Shown piece after piece: positions 1 to 16,014 of a DNA stretch of 64,000 bases. Source of the DNA: Eledone cirrhosa (Eukaryota); the NCBI GenBank assembly GCA_964016885.1, contig OZ024764.1, forward strand, positions 11,284,001 through 11,348,000, written 5' to 3'. The notes under the pieces were generated by a model, which saw only the letters and a program-made list of their open reading frames with translations, was not told where the DNA came from and did not search any database. A program made the position numbers and the translations under genes. How positions within the stretch are numbered: the stretch's first letter is position 1; each line of letters begins with the position of its first letter.

Positions 1-894
1 ACATATATACACATATATATATACACACATATACACATAAACATGCACACATACATACACATACATTACTCCCGCCCCCTTCCTGTTTTCCTTTAAATGA
101 CATCTAAAATACACACATATACACATGCGTATATACACAAACATGCACACACTTATACACACATGCATTACTGCCCCCCCTCCTGGTACCCCTTAAACCA
201 CATCTAAAATAGACATGTATACACGCATATATACACACGCACACACCTATATATACACATACACACATATATACACACATACATATACACACGCATATAA
301 ATATACACACACACAAATAAATATACACACACACATAAACATGGACACTCAGATACACACACATACCTTACTTCTCCCCCTCCCCTCACCCTGTTCCCCT
401 TAAACCACATCTTATGTACACACGTATACGCATACAGATACACACATATATAGATAAACATATATATTTATAAACATACACACATATACATATAGATACA
501 CACATAAACATATATATATTTATAAACATACACAAACATACATATACACACACATATACACACATAAACATATATATATTTATAAACATACACACGTACA
601 CATATATATATATACATACATATTATATATATATATAAACATACACACATAAATATACACATACACACACAAATACGCATACACATAAACATGCACACAC
701 ATACACACACACATACATACACACACACACACACATATATATATACACACATACACATACACACATATATATATATACACACACACATATACACATACAT
801 ATACACACAAAGAAGCCTACACACACATAACTATACACATACACACATAAATGCGCATACACATAAACATGCAGACACTCATATACACACGTAA

Positions 895-929
<35 letters not shown>

Positions 930-998
930 CACAGACACACATATATATATATATATATACACACATACATACACACACATATATATATACACACACAT

Positions 999-1053
<55 letters not shown>

Positions 1054-1359
1054 TATACACATACATATACACACATAAAGAAGCATACACACATACATAA
1101 ATATACACATACACACATAAATACGCATACACATAAACATGCAGACACTCGTATACACACATAAACACACACACACACACACATATATATACACACACAC
1201 ATATATATATACACACACACACACATACATACACACACATATATATATACACACACACATACGCACACACATATATATATATACACACATATATATACAC
1301 ACACATATACACATACATATACACACATAAAGAAGCATACATACATACACCCACACACA

Positions 1360-1445
<86 letters not shown>

Positions 1446-1717
1446 CACACACACATACATACACACACATATATATATATACACACACATATATATATAT
1501 ACACACACACATATACACACACACACACACATATACACATACATATACACACATAAAGAAGCATACACACATACACCCACATACATTATCCCCCCCCCCC
1601 CAGACCCTTCCCTTAAACCACATCTAAAATAGATTCGATTCCAATATTCGTCACTTCGGTCAATTTGCCCAAAGGCTTGACTATTAATTATACATATTTA
1701 CAATTTCACACATTCAT

Positions 1718-1802
<85 letters not shown>

Positions 1803-1905
1803 ATATGGATGTATATATATATATATATACATACATACAATTGTGTGTATACATTTAGATATATAATTGCGCACATTACTGTTTCTGTGTTCCTTGGCAT
1901 ACTAC

Positions 1906-1974
<69 letters not shown>

Positions 1975-1991
1975 TCCTTTTTCAAATATAT

Positions 1992-2067
<76 letters not shown>

Positions 2068-2338
2068 ATATTTTTATATAATATATATATACATATATAT
2101 ATTATATACATATATATGATATATATATATTATATACATATATATGATATATATATATTATATACATATATATGATATATATATATTATATACTTACACA
2201 TATATATGTATGTATGTGTGCATATATATATATATATACACACATATATAATTGATAGTGGGTGTAGAATGAGTAATGAGACGAGTTATAAGCAGTCTGA
2301 ATCAACACTGACAAACAGCAGTGTGTATATATATATAT

Positions 2339-2380
<42 letters not shown>

Positions 2381-2451
2381 CATACATATACACACACACA
2401 TATGTGTGTACTTTATAATTAGGTACATACATACAAACACAGACACACACT

Positions 2452-2514
<63 letters not shown>

Positions 2515-2550
2515 CCACACACACACACACATATATACACACATACATAC
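1..2550. repeat. (CA)/(TA) compound microsatellite
   Basis: Dinucleotide runs, punctuated by a recurring C-rich CCTTAAACCACATCT-like motif near 90, 190, 397 and 1610. Confidence 0.95.
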
Positions 2551-3544
2551 AGGTGCGTATCACCCACCTGTATCCATATCTTTGGCATTATTCTTTTATG
2601 CTTTTACTGGTGTCTGTCATTAGATACTCACAATACTTGAATATAAGGAGACCCCCTATTGCATGTCTGAGAAATAGGTAAAAATCGAGACCCTATGTAT
2701 AAGACAAGGCAGCTCAACACATTGTGTTTAGATGGTGAGGTTTTGAAATTCTGATGAGTGGAGAATATATTTATAAAGTTTTAATATCTTGATATTTAAA
2801 ATGTTTTAATATGTTGATATTTAAAATGTTTTAAGTGTCATTTAAAGAATATAGTTTTTGTTTCACAGCTTCGTAGCGTACTGATTTTTTTAAAAATCAA
2901 TTTCTGGTCATTTTAAATTCCATATTCATTCAAAATATGTCAAAAATAGCAGGAAAAATGAATTTCACATTGTAATATTCCCCTCCAAAGTGAAACAGGT
3001 GTAATATTCCCATCCAAAGTGAAAAAGGTGTAATATTCCCCTCCAAAGTGAAACAGGTGTAATATTCCCCTCCAAAGTGAAACAGGTGTAATATTCTCCT
3101 CCAAAGTGAAACAGGTGTAATATTCCCATCCAAAGTGAAACTGGTGTAATATTCCCCTCCAAAGTGAAACAGGTGTAATATTCTCCTCCAAAGTGAAACA
3201 GGTGTAATATTCCCATCCAAAGTGAAACTGGTGTAATATTCCCATCCAAAGTGAAACAGGTGTAATATTCACCTCCAAAGTGAAACAGGTGTAATATTCA
3301 CCACCAAAGTGAAACAGGTGTAATATTCCCCTCCAAAGTGAAACAGGTGTAATGTTCCCCTCCAAAGTGAAACAGGTGTAATATTCCCCTCCAAAGTGAA
3401 ACAGGTGTAATATTCACCTCCAAAGTGAAACAGGTGTAATATTCCCCTCCAAAGTGAAACAGGTGTAATATTCACCTCCAAAGTGAAACAGGTGTAATAT
3501 TCATCTCCAAAGTAAAACAGGTGTAATATTCACCTCCAAAGTGA

Positions 3545-3835
3545 TGTGTTGTTTCCTTGAGCGGTGATGTGTTGTTTCCTTGAGCAAGACACTTTATTTC
3601 AGATTGCTCCAGTTTACTCAGCTGTAGAAATGAGATGATAGGGACTGGGGTCCATATCATTCCACTGCAAAGTGGTCGTGCAGGTGCCACGGCAAAAAAG
3701 CACCCAGCCCACACTGTAAATGAGGTTGGTGTTAGGAAGGGCATCCAGCTGTAGAAATCAAGCCAGAATCAGTTCCCGTCCCACCCTTGCAAGCAGGGAA
3801 AAAGCGGACGTAAAATGAAATGATGATGAATGATG
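3545..3835 (+). mobile_element. SINE-A, 5'-truncated (CORE-like body plus RTE-type tail)
   Basis: Matches the full copy at 30004-30345 without the tRNA head. AAAGTGA lies at both junctions (3538-3544, 3836-3842), a probable target-site duplication. Confidence 0.85.
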
Positions 3836-4277
3836 AAAGTGAAACGGGTGTAATATTCCCCTCCAAAGTGAAACAGGTGTAATATTCACCTCCAAAGTGA
3901 AACAGGTGTAATATTCCCCTCCAAAGTGAAAAAGGTGTAATATTCACCACCAAAGTGAAACTGGTGTAATATTCACCACCAAAGTGAAACAGGTGTAATA
4001 TTCACCACCAAAGTGAAACAGGTGTAATATTCACCTCCAAAGTGAAACAGGTGTAATATTCCCCTCCAAAGTGAAACAGGTGTAATGTTCCCCTCCAAAG
4101 TGAAACAGGTGTAATATTCCCCTCCAAAGTGAAACAGGTGTAATATTCACCTCCAAAGTGAAACAGGTGTAATATTCCCCTCCAAAGTGAAACAGGTGTA
4201 ATATTCACCTCCAAAGTGAAACAGGTGTAATATTCATCTCCAAAGTAAAACAGGTGTAATATTCACCTCCAAAGTGA

Positions 4278-4568
4278 TGTGTTGTTTCCTTGAGCGGTGA
4301 TGTGTTGTTTCCTTGAGCAAGACACTTTATTTCAGATTGCTCCAGTTTACTCAGCTGTAGAAATGAGATGATAGGGACTGGGGTCCATATCATTCCACTG
4401 CAAAGTGGTCGTGCAGGTGCCACGGCAAAAAAGCACCCAGCCCACACTGTAAATGAGGTTGGTGTTAGGAAGGGCATCCAGCTGTAGAAATCAAGCCAGA
4501 ATCAGTTCCCGTCCCACCCTTGCAAGCAGGGAAAAAGCGGACGTAAAATGAAATGATGATGAATGATG
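4278..4568 (+). mobile_element. SINE-A, duplicate of 3545-3835
   Basis: Same sequence and junctions, offset by 733 bp. Confidence 0.85.
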
Positions 4569-4831
4569 AAAGTGAAACGGGTGTAATATTCCCCTCCAAA
4601 GTGAAACAGGTGTAATATTCACCTCCAAAGTGAAACAGGTGTAATATTCCCCTCCAAAGTGAAACTGGTGTAATATTCCCCTCCAAAGTGAAACAGGTGC
4701 AATATTCACATCCAAAGTGAAAATATTTAGCACCTTGTTTATGTAGGATTTGACCTCGAATATAAGCTGGCCCTCATTTTACCATAGTTGTTTTTTCTCA
4801 CATATTTATAGGATTATATACAAGTTTACAG

Positions 4832-4898
<67 letters not shown>

Positions 4899-5318
4899 CA
4901 GAAGTATATATATATATATATATACAGAAGTATATATATATATATATATACAGAAGTATATATATATATATATATACAGAAGTATATATATATATATATA
5001 TATACATATACAGGAGTATATATATAAACAAACATAAATTATCGAGAATCGCATTTCGGCCCACGAAATAACGAAAAACAACCTGCGAGATGTGTGGCAA
5101 GTGCTCAATGATTCAGATGAACCAGAGCTATAACAAACGTTAAAGGCCAAACACACTGAGACGATGGTTAAACAATCATGCGCATAGCCAAAAAAAACAA
5201 AAAACGATCAAGTAATTCGGGTATTGAAAATTTACCCGGACCCCAGAAGGTTGGTATATATGTTGATTTAAAACTGCACTATCCACAAGTGTTTTTTAGC
5301 CTTCATATCATGTCCTCC

Positions 5319-5389
5319 TGTTTTATCTGATGAAAACACAAATATTATTGCATGATGATATTTGTTTTTGAAATGCGCATAATAAAATA
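5319..5389 (+). ncRNA. Type I hammerhead ribozyme motif (Penelope-like minimal type)
   Basis: Stem I TGTTTTAT/ATAAAATA; CTGATGA at 5327-5333; long stem II; GAAA at 5370-5373; palindromic stem III A-TGCGCA-T; predicted cleavage after A5381. Confidence 0.75.
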
Positions 5390-5419
5390 CATGGAACTCC
5401 TTTAACCATCTTTTGTTCT

Positions 5420-5495
<76 letters not shown>

Positions 5496-5617
5496 GTTAT
5501 ATTATTATATTATATATATATATTATTATATTATATATATATATTATTATAATATATATATATATACAGCCAAAGCTTCGATTTTACTAAGCTTCCACAT
5601 GTATATAATATATATAT

Positions 5618-5694
<77 letters not shown>

Positions 5695-5735
5695 GTGTGT
5701 CTATCTCTCTCTCTCTCTTTATATATATATATGTA

Positions 5736-5804
<69 letters not shown>

Positions 5805-5919
5805 TGCACATACATAAACACATAGGCATGTGTATATACATATCCATATGCATCGACACAAATGCACATGTATATGTATATCTATATATGCACTCTATAA
5901 ATATATAGATATGTATATG

Positions 5920-6076
<157 letters not shown>

Positions 6077-6351
6077 TCTAGATAAAATATTGTGATATCA
6101 CAGAAATACTCTTCATAGTTTAAATAAATCAAAGACAAAAATCGATTTCGTCCAACTCTTGCCTTCCCTTGTCCCCTGAAAAAATGGACCGACAAGTAAA
6201 GTTTTGATTTACGACCTCTTCCTGCCAAAGAACGCCTTATCTAACTTAAAACATCTACCAATGGACTGATACATGCTCATATATGTATATATATATCTAT
6301 ATGTATATGTGTATATATATATATATATGTATGTATATATATATGTATATG

Positions 6352-6383
<32 letters not shown>

Positions 6384-6439
6384 TGTATATATATATATGT
6401 ATATATGTATGTATATATGTATATATGTATATATGTTTG

Positions 6440-6493
<54 letters not shown>

Positions 6494-6594
6494 TATATTT
6501 TTATACATATATAAACACTTATAATACTGAGCTGCACACACCCGTACATGTGTGTGTTTATATATATATATATGTGTGTATATATACATAAGTG

Positions 6595-6647
<53 letters not shown>

Positions 6648-6784
6648 ATATGTATATGTATATATGTATATATATATATATGTATATGTATATATATATA
6701 TATGTATATGTATATATGTATATATATATATATGTATATGTATATATATATGTATATATATATATGTATATGTATATATATATG

Positions 6785-6815
<31 letters not shown>

Positions 6816-6816
6816 G

Positions 6817-6849
<33 letters not shown>

Positions 6850-6850
6850 G

Positions 6851-6890
<40 letters not shown>

Positions 6891-6904
6891 TATACCTTCC
6901 ACAA

Positions 6905-7718
6905 TTATAATAATAATAATAATGAAAATATTGTGTACAGTGTTCAGGTGCACTACAACTCATCAAAAGTGTATGTATAGTACATAGGGTAATGTACAAA
7001 CGTCAGGAAAATAACAGTGCATGACTCATGATATGCATGTGTGTGGAAGGGGGTCATCAGGTGTAGTTTTGGCGAATTTCGGGAAGCATGAAGGTTTCAA
7101 AGGATGCAGTGTCTCAACAGCTAACAACTGATGCAGGTGGTTTGTTCCATGGAGGTTTTAAAGGATGCAGTGTCTCAACAGCTAACAACTGATGCAGGTA
7201 GTTTGTTCCATGCTTCAGCAACTCTGAGCATGAATAAATGTTTCCGAAAGTCATGGGAGCTGTGCTGTTTTCTGATTTTGTGGGCATGTCCACGTGTGTT
7301 AGACACATGGAGATCAAAAAGGTGCTCAGGGTTGTTGTTGGCGAGATGGTTAATAACTTTGTGGGTGTTTACAAAGTCTATTGCCAGACGTCGGAGCTTC
7401 AATGAATCCATGCCGAGGGAAGCAAGGCGTTCAGAGTATGGCAGGTATCTGATGGAGGGTATGCGCTTGGTTGCATGTCTCTGAACAGTTTCCAGGAGGT
7501 CAATGTTCTGAGCAAGATAGGGGTTCCAGACTGATGATGCGAATTCCAAGTGTGGTCGTACCATAGCTGTATACAGCTTTAAATAGATGGCTGGAAAGCA
7601 GCTGACAAAGGTCTTGCTGCGTGATGCCAAGACCCCATCGGCTTTCTTGACAATTTTAGAGATGTGCTTTGTCCAACGCAAATCGCTGTTGACAGTAATG
7701 CCCAGGTCACGTTCACAA
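6905..7718 (-). mobile_element. CR1-clade LINE 3' fragment (ORF2 C-terminus, 3' UTR, (TTA)n tail)
   Basis: Translation LYTAMVRPHLEFASSVWNPY...LETVQRHATK...YSERL...TRGH...RVAEAWNKLP is typical of the CR1 ORF2 C-terminus. There is a 61-bp internal duplication (7101 vs 7162). Confidence 0.9.
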
Positions 7719-8024
7719 TGTTCATATTATGATATCATATAGTTAAAAGTACTTGTTCAGATATGGAAAAAATAGCAGAATTATCACAGAAAAGATCAGT
7801 TAGCTGGTTAGTGTGTATGGTGTGGTTGGTTGGTTGGTATGGTTAGTTGCTGTAGTTGGCTGGTATGGTTAGTTACTATGGTTGGCTGGCTGTCTGGCTG
7901 GTTTATTAGTACATTTATGGTGAGATTCCAATAGAATATACACCATTTTTTGTTTGATTGAAAAATCTTTGTTTAAATCTTCCTTCCACTAACCTAATAA
8001 TGTTTTTGTCATGTTATCTGTATC

Positions 8025-8335
8025 TTCATCTTCACCGTTTAATGTCCACTTTCCACGCTAGCATGGGTTAGACAGTTTGTCCCATTCAAGGCAAGTTGGG
8101 TCAGGTGACTGTCTTGCTCATACAGAATTGATTCTGGCTAGATTTCTACAGCTGGATGTCTTTCTTAACACCAACCACATTTACAGTGTGGACTGAGTGC
8201 TTTTTGCCATGACTCCTACATGACCATTTTACAGTGTGGACTGAGTGCTTTTTGCCATGACTCCTGCAGAACCATTTTATAGTGTGGACTGAGTGCATTT
8301 TGCCATGACTCCTACATGACCACTTTACAGTGTGA
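8025..8335 (-). mobile_element. RTE LINE 3' UTR fragment with 3-4 tandem ~48-bp modules
   Basis: The CCCATGCTAGCGTGG tail hairpin and ACAGTGTGGACTG modules are homologous to 60668-60960. Confidence 0.75.
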
Positions 8336-8359
8336 AATAAGCATAACACCAACAACTCT

Positions 8360-9210
8360 TGGGGGAGAAAAAAGTCAATTAAATCGACCCCAGTGCATTA
8401 CTGGTACTTTATTTTATGAAAGGCAAAATTAACCTCAGCGGGATTTGAACTCAGAACGTAAAGGGCCATAACTCGGTGCTGCAAAGCATAGTGTCCGACG
8501 CTCTACTGATTCCTGCCAATCCACCAATAATAATTGTTTCTACTTTTGGCACAATGCCAGCAATTACCCAGTACATTACTGGTACTTTATTTTATCGACC
8601 CCGTAAGGATGAAAGGCAAAGTCAACCTCGGCGAGATTTGAACTCAATAAAAATAATTGTTTCTATTTTTGGCACAAGGCCAGCAATTACCCAGTACATT
8701 ACTGGTACTTTATTTTATCGACCCCGTAAGGGTGAGAAAGGCAAAGTTAACCTCGGCGGGATTTGAACTCAGATCATAAAGGGACGTAACTCTATGCTTC
8801 AAATCATGGTGTCCGACTCTCTACCGATTACCAACTCAAAAATAATAGTTTCTGAAATACCCAATTTTGGGGGACAGAAAAGTCAATTAAATCAACCCCA
8901 GTACATTACTGTTGCTTAATTTTTTTGACCCTGTAAGGATGAAAGGCAAAGCTAACTTCGGTGGGATTTGAACTCAGATCATAAAGGGACGTAACTCTAT
9001 GCTTCAAATCATGGTGTCCGACTCTCTACCGATTACCAACTCAATAAAAATAATAGTTTCTGAAATACCCAATTTTGGGGGACGGAAAAGTCAATTAAAT
9101 CAACCCCAGTACATTACTGGTACTTAATTTTTTTGACCCCGTAAGGATGAAAGGCAAAGCTAACTTTGGTGGGATTTGAACTCAGAATGTAAAAGGCCAT
9201 AACTCTGATA
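8360..9210 (-). mobile_element. Cluster of about five tandem SINE-B copies or fragments
   Basis: Repeated GATGAAAGGCAAAGTTAACCTCGGCGGGATTTGAACTC, the reverse complement of the B box plus central domain. Confidence 0.85.
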
Positions 9211-9454
9211 AAAAAGAAAAATGAAATTCTGGCTCGGTGAAGGAGGTGACTCCAACTGTCTTCTGTACACATGACTGATCGAGGGTTGGAGTAGGAGGAG
9301 GGAACGGGGTGGCAGTTGTATTTCTACATATGCAGTTAATCTCAGATAACTTAGTTACTTGTCTATGTTATAAGATTTGTAATATAGGGAGTGCTGCTGT
9401 AACTTAGTTTTAGATCGCATCTATTAAATAGTTTTCACTGCAACAGATTTTGAA

Positions 9455-10915
9455 GGTTTGTGGTGGTGGTGGTGGTGGTGGTGGTGGTGGTGGTGGTGTG
9501 TGTGTGTGTGTGTGTGTGTGGTGGGGGGATAGTCTATGTGGAGATGGGGGGTGGGTGATAGTGTGTGTGGTGGTGGTGTTGTTGGTTGTGGTATGGTGGT
9601 GGTCGTGGTGGTTGTGTGTGTGTGTGTGTAGTGGTGATGGTGGTGGTTTGGGTGGTGGTAGTGGTGATGTGAGGGTGGTGGTGTATGGAGGTGTGTGGTG
9701 GTATGTGTTGTGTTGTTGATGTGGTGGTGTGGTGGTGGTGGTGGTGGTGGGGGAGATGGTTGGTTGTGGTGGAGATGGTTGGTTGTGGTGGTATGTCGTG
9801 GGGGTATGGTGAAGGTGGTGGTGGTGGTGGAGATGGTTGGTTGTGGTGGTATGTCGTGGGGGTATGGTGAAGGTGGTGGTGGAGATGATTGGTTGTGGTG
9901 GTATGTCGGTGTATGGTGAAGGTGGTGGTATGTGGTGTAGTGGTGGTGTTGTTGGTGGTGTGGTGGTATGTCGTGAGGTGTGTAGTTGTGTGTGTTTTGT
10001 TGATGTCGGTGTTGTTGGTTGTAGTGGTGGTGGTGGTGTGTAGTGGTGGATTGTGGGGGTTTGTAGTCGGGGGTATATGTTGTGGAGTTTTCCAATAGTG
10101 GTAGTGTGTGATGGTATACCACAGTGGTGGTGGTGGAGGTGGGAGAAGTTGTGGTGGCATGTAGTGGAATGTGGTGTGGTAGCAGTGGTGTATGATGTGT
10201 GGTGGTGGTGATGGTGGTGATGGTGGTGGTAGTATATGATGGTGGTGGTGGTGGTGTTGGTGTGGATGTGATGGTGTTGGTGTGGATGTGATGGTGGTGG
10301 TGTTGTGGTGATGTGGGGGGTGTGGATGTGATGGTGGTAGTGGTATAGGTGGTGTTGGTGGTGATGGTAGGGATAGTGGTGGTGATGGTAGGGGTAGTGG
10401 TGGTGGTGGTGTGATGACGGTGGTAGTGATATAGGTGGTGTTGGTGGTGATGGTAGGGATAGTGGTGGTGATGGTAGGGGTAGTGGTGGTGGTGGTATAT
10501 GATGGCGGTGGTGTGATGACGGTGGTAGTGATATAGGTGGTGTTGGTGGTGATGGTAGGGATAGTGGTGGTGATGGTAGGGGTAGTGGTGGTGATGGTAG
10601 GGGTAGTGGTGGTGGTGGTATATGATGGTGGTGGTGTGATGACGGTGGTAGTGATATAGGTGGTGTTGGTGGTGATGGTAGGGGTAGTGGTGGTGGTGGT
10701 ATATGATGGTGGTGGTGTGATGACGGTGGTAGTGATATAGGTGGTGTTGGTGTTGGGGGTGGAGGAGGTGGTGGTGGTGTGATGGTGGTGGTGGTGGCGG
10801 CGGTAGTGGTATAGGCGGTGTTGGTGGAGGTGGTGGTGGTGGTGTGATGGTGGTGGTGGTGGTGGTGGCGGCGGTAGTGGTATAGGCGGTGTTGGTGGTG
10901 GTGGTGCTGTGTGTG
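9455..10915. repeat. (GGT)n-derived low-complexity and minisatellite tract
   Basis: Trinucleotide-based degenerate repeats. Confidence 0.9.
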
Positions 10916-11039
10916 CGCGGAAATAATTATTTATCAGTTGGAAGGGCTTGGAAAATTCAAGCAACGTTAGTCAACTTAATGTAAAAAGAAAATGGAGGTA
11001 TGAACCAACTGATGCTGAGGTACATTTTATCATCACCAC

Positions 11040-12230
<1,191 letters not shown>

Positions 12231-12419
12231 ATTTATATTTGTCTTTGTTACTATTTAAGTTACTATCATCACCATCACCATCACCAGCAGCACCATCTTT
12301 ACAATCATCACCACCATCATATAACCATCACCACCACCACCATCACTTCATTATCACCACCACTACCACCATCACTTCATCACCACCATCATATCATAAC
12401 CATCACCATCACCAGCAGT

Positions 12420-15400
12420 AGCACCATCTTTATAATCATCGCTGCCTCTGCTATAACCACCATCACCATCATCTTTATAATCATCGCTGCCTCCGCTATA
12501 ACCATCAGCACCATCACCATCATCTTTATAATCATCGTTGCCTCCGCTATAACCATCAGCACCATCACATAACCATAACCATCACCATCATCTTTATAAT
12601 CATCGCTGCCTCCGCTATAACCATCAGCACCATCACATAACCATAACCATCATCTTTATAATCATCGCTGCCTCCGCTATAACCATCAGCACCATCACAT
12701 AACCATAACCATCACCATCATCTTTATAATCATCGCTGCCTCCGCTATAACCATCAGCACCATCACATAACCATCACCATCACCATCATCTTTATAATCA
12801 TCGCTGCCTCCGCTATAACCATCAGCACCATCACATAACCGTCACCATCACCTTTATAATCATCGCTGCCTCCGCTATAACTATCAGCACCATCACATAA
12901 CCATCACCATCATCTTTATAATCATCGCTGCCTCCGCTATAACCATCAGCACCATCACATAACCATAACCATCACCATCATCTTTATAATCATCGCTGCC
13001 TCCGCTATAACCATCAGCACCATCACATAACCATCACCATCATCTTTATAATCATCGCTGCCTCCGCTATAACCATCAGCACCATCACATAACCATAACC
13101 ATCACCATCATCTTTATAATCATCGCTGCCTCCGCTATAACCATCAACACCATCACATAACCATAACCATCACCATCATCTTTATAATCATCGCTGCCTC
13201 CGCTATAACCATCAGCACCATCACATAACCATAACCATCACCATCATCTTTATAATCATCGCTGCCTCCGCTATAACCATCAGCACCATCACATAACCAT
13301 CACCATCACCATCATCTTTATAATCATCGCTGCCTCCGCTATAACCATCAGCACCATCACATCACCATCACCATCATCTTTATAATCATCGCTGCCTCCG
13401 CTATAACCATCAGCACCATCACATCACCATCACCATCATCTTTATAATCATCGCTGCCTCCGCTATAACCATCAGCACCATCACATCACCATCACCATCA
13501 TCTTTATAATCATCGCTGCCTCCGCTATAACCATCAGCACCATCACATAACCATCACCATCACCATCATCTTTATAATCATCGCTGCCTCCGCTATAACC
13601 ATCAGCACCATCACATAACCATCACCATCACCATCATCTTTATAACCATCAGCACCATCACATAACCATCACCATCATCTTTATAATCATCGCTGCCTCC
13701 GCTATAACCATCAGCACCATCACATAACCATCACCATCACCATCATCTTTATAATCATCGCTGCCTCCGCTATAACCATCAGCACCATCACATAACCATC
13801 ACCATCACCATCATCTTTATAATCATCGCTGCCTCCGCTATAACCATCAGCACCATCACATAACCATCACCATCATCTTTATAATCACCGCTGCCTCCGC
13901 TATAACCATCAGCACCATCACATAACCATCACCATCACCATCATCTTTATAATCATCGCTGCTTCCGCTATAACCATCAGCACCATCACATAACCATAAC
14001 CATCACCATCATCTTTATAATCATCGCTGCCTCCGCTATAACCATCAGCACCATCACATAACCATCACCATCACCATCATCTTTATAATCATCGCTGCTT
14101 CCGCTATAACCATCAGCACCATCACATAACCATAACCATCACCATCATCTTTATAATCATCGCTGCCTCCGCTATAACCATCAGCACCATCACATAACCA
14201 TCACCATCACCATCATCTTTATAATCATCGCTGCTTCCGCTATAACCATCAGCACCATCACATAACCATAACCATCACCATCATCTTTATAATCATCGCT
14301 GCCTCCGCTATAACCATCAGCACCATCACATAACCATAACCATCACCATCATCTTTATAATCATCGCTGCCTCCGCTATAACCATCAGCACCATCACATA
14401 ACCATCACCATCACCATCATCTTTATAATCATCGCTGCCTCCGCTATAACCATCAGCACCATCACATAACCATCACCATCATCTTTATAATCATCGCTGC
14501 CTCCGCTATAACCATCAGCACCATCACATAACCATCACCATCATCTTTATAATCATCGCTGCCTCCGCTATAACCATCAGCACCATCACATAACCATCAC
14601 CATCATCTTTATAATCATCGCTGCCTCCGCTATAACCATCAGCACCATCACATAACCATCATCTTTATAATCATCGCTGCCTCTGCTATAACCATCAGCA
14701 CCATCACATAACCATCACCATCACCATCATCATCATCGCTGCTTCCGCTATAACCATCAGCACCATCACATAACCATCAACATCACCATCATCTTTATAA
14801 TCATCGCTGCTTCCGCTATAACCATCAACACCATCACATAACCATCAACATCACCATCATCTTTATAATCATCGCTGCCTCCGCTATAACCATCAGCACC
14901 ATCACATAACCATCAACATCACCATCATCTTTATAATCATCGCTGCTTCCGCTATAACCATCAGCACTATCACATAACCATCAACATCACCATCATCTTT
15001 ATAATCATCGCTGCTTCCGCTATAACCATCAGCACTATCACATAACCATCAACATCACCATCATCTTTATAATCATCGCTGCCTCTGCTATAACCATCAC
15101 CATCATCTTTATAATCATTGCTGCCTCTGCTATAACCATCACCATCACATAACCATCACCATCATCTTTATAATCATCGCTGCTTCCGCTATAACCATCA
15201 GCACCATCACATAACCATCAACATCACCATCATCTTTATAATCATCGCTGCTTCCGCTATAACCATCAGCACTATCACATAACCATCAACATCACCATCA
15301 TCTTTATAATCATCGCTGCCTCTGCTATAACCATCACCATCATCTTTATAATCATTGCTGCCTCTGCTATAACCATCACCATCACATAACCATCACCATC

Positions 15401-15450
15401 ATCTTTATAATCATCGCTGCCTCTGCTATAACCATCACCATCACCATCAC
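12420..15450. repeat. Minisatellite of mainly 62- and 68-bp units derived from a (CAT/CAC) background
   Basis: Unit ATCATCGCTGCCTCCGCTATAACCATCAGCACCATCACATAACCATCACCATCATCTTTATA with or without a 6-bp CATCAC/CATAAC; roughly 45 copies. Confidence 0.95.
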
Positions 15451-15606
15451 CTTCATTGCTGTTGTCATCTCCATAATTATCTTCATAGTCATCTTCCTAG
15501 TCATCTCCTTTCTAGTTGTTTCACTTAAACCTACCTTTCCGCATATGGAAAGGAAAGAAAGAATAACATTTTAAAAGCGCCGAAAAAAAAAAGAAACAAT
15601 AATAAC

Positions 15607-15996
15607 AATAATTGTTTCTACTTTAGGCACAAGGCCCGCAATTACCCAGTGTATTACTGGTACTTTATTTTATCGACCCCGTAAGGATGAAAGGCAAAGT
15701 TAACCTCGGCGGGATTTGAACTCAGACCATAAAGGGAGGTAACTCTTTGCTTCAAAGTATGGCGTCCGACCCTCTACCAATACTGACAATCCACTGCCTT
15801 GTATGTATATAATAATTGTTTCTACGTTAGGCACAAGGCCAGCAATTAACCCAGTGTATTACTGGTACTTTATTTTATCGACCTCGTGAGGGTGAAAGGC
15901 AAAGTTAACCTCGGCGGGATTTGAACTCAGACCGTAAAGGGACGTAACTATGCTGGAAAGCATGGCGTCTGAACTTCTACCGATACTGCCAATTAT
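15607..15996 (-). mobile_element. Two tandem SINE-B copies
   Basis: Homologous to 42909-43110. Confidence 0.85.
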
Positions 15997-16014
15997 ACTA
16001 ATAATAATAATGAT

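Larger units (their letters stand above)
2971..4721. repeat. 29-bp minisatellite (TGTAATATTCCCCTCCAAAGTGAAACAGG) interrupted by two SINE copies
   Basis: Contiguous 29-bp units, with most variation in the CCCT/CCAT/ACCT/TCCT/ACCA window. Confidence 0.95.

Noticed and set aside
2630-2710. GAATATAAG motif resembling pogo-like subterminal repeats (similar at about 4755)
   Set aside because: No paired TIRs or target-site duplication could be identified.
2971-4721. CRISPR-like appearance of the 29-bp repeats
   Set aside because: Units are contiguous with no unique spacers, no cas genes are present, and the context is eukaryotic.
6120-6230. GGAC-GAAA-TCGA-TT hammerhead-like 3' half on the minus strand
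   Set aside because: No convincing CTGANGA or TTGANAA core or stem I was found upstream.
9230-9450. Non-repetitive island with an ACTCCAAC/GTTGGAGT stem
   Set aside because: It is a single short stem with no recognisable RNA family or consistent splice signals.
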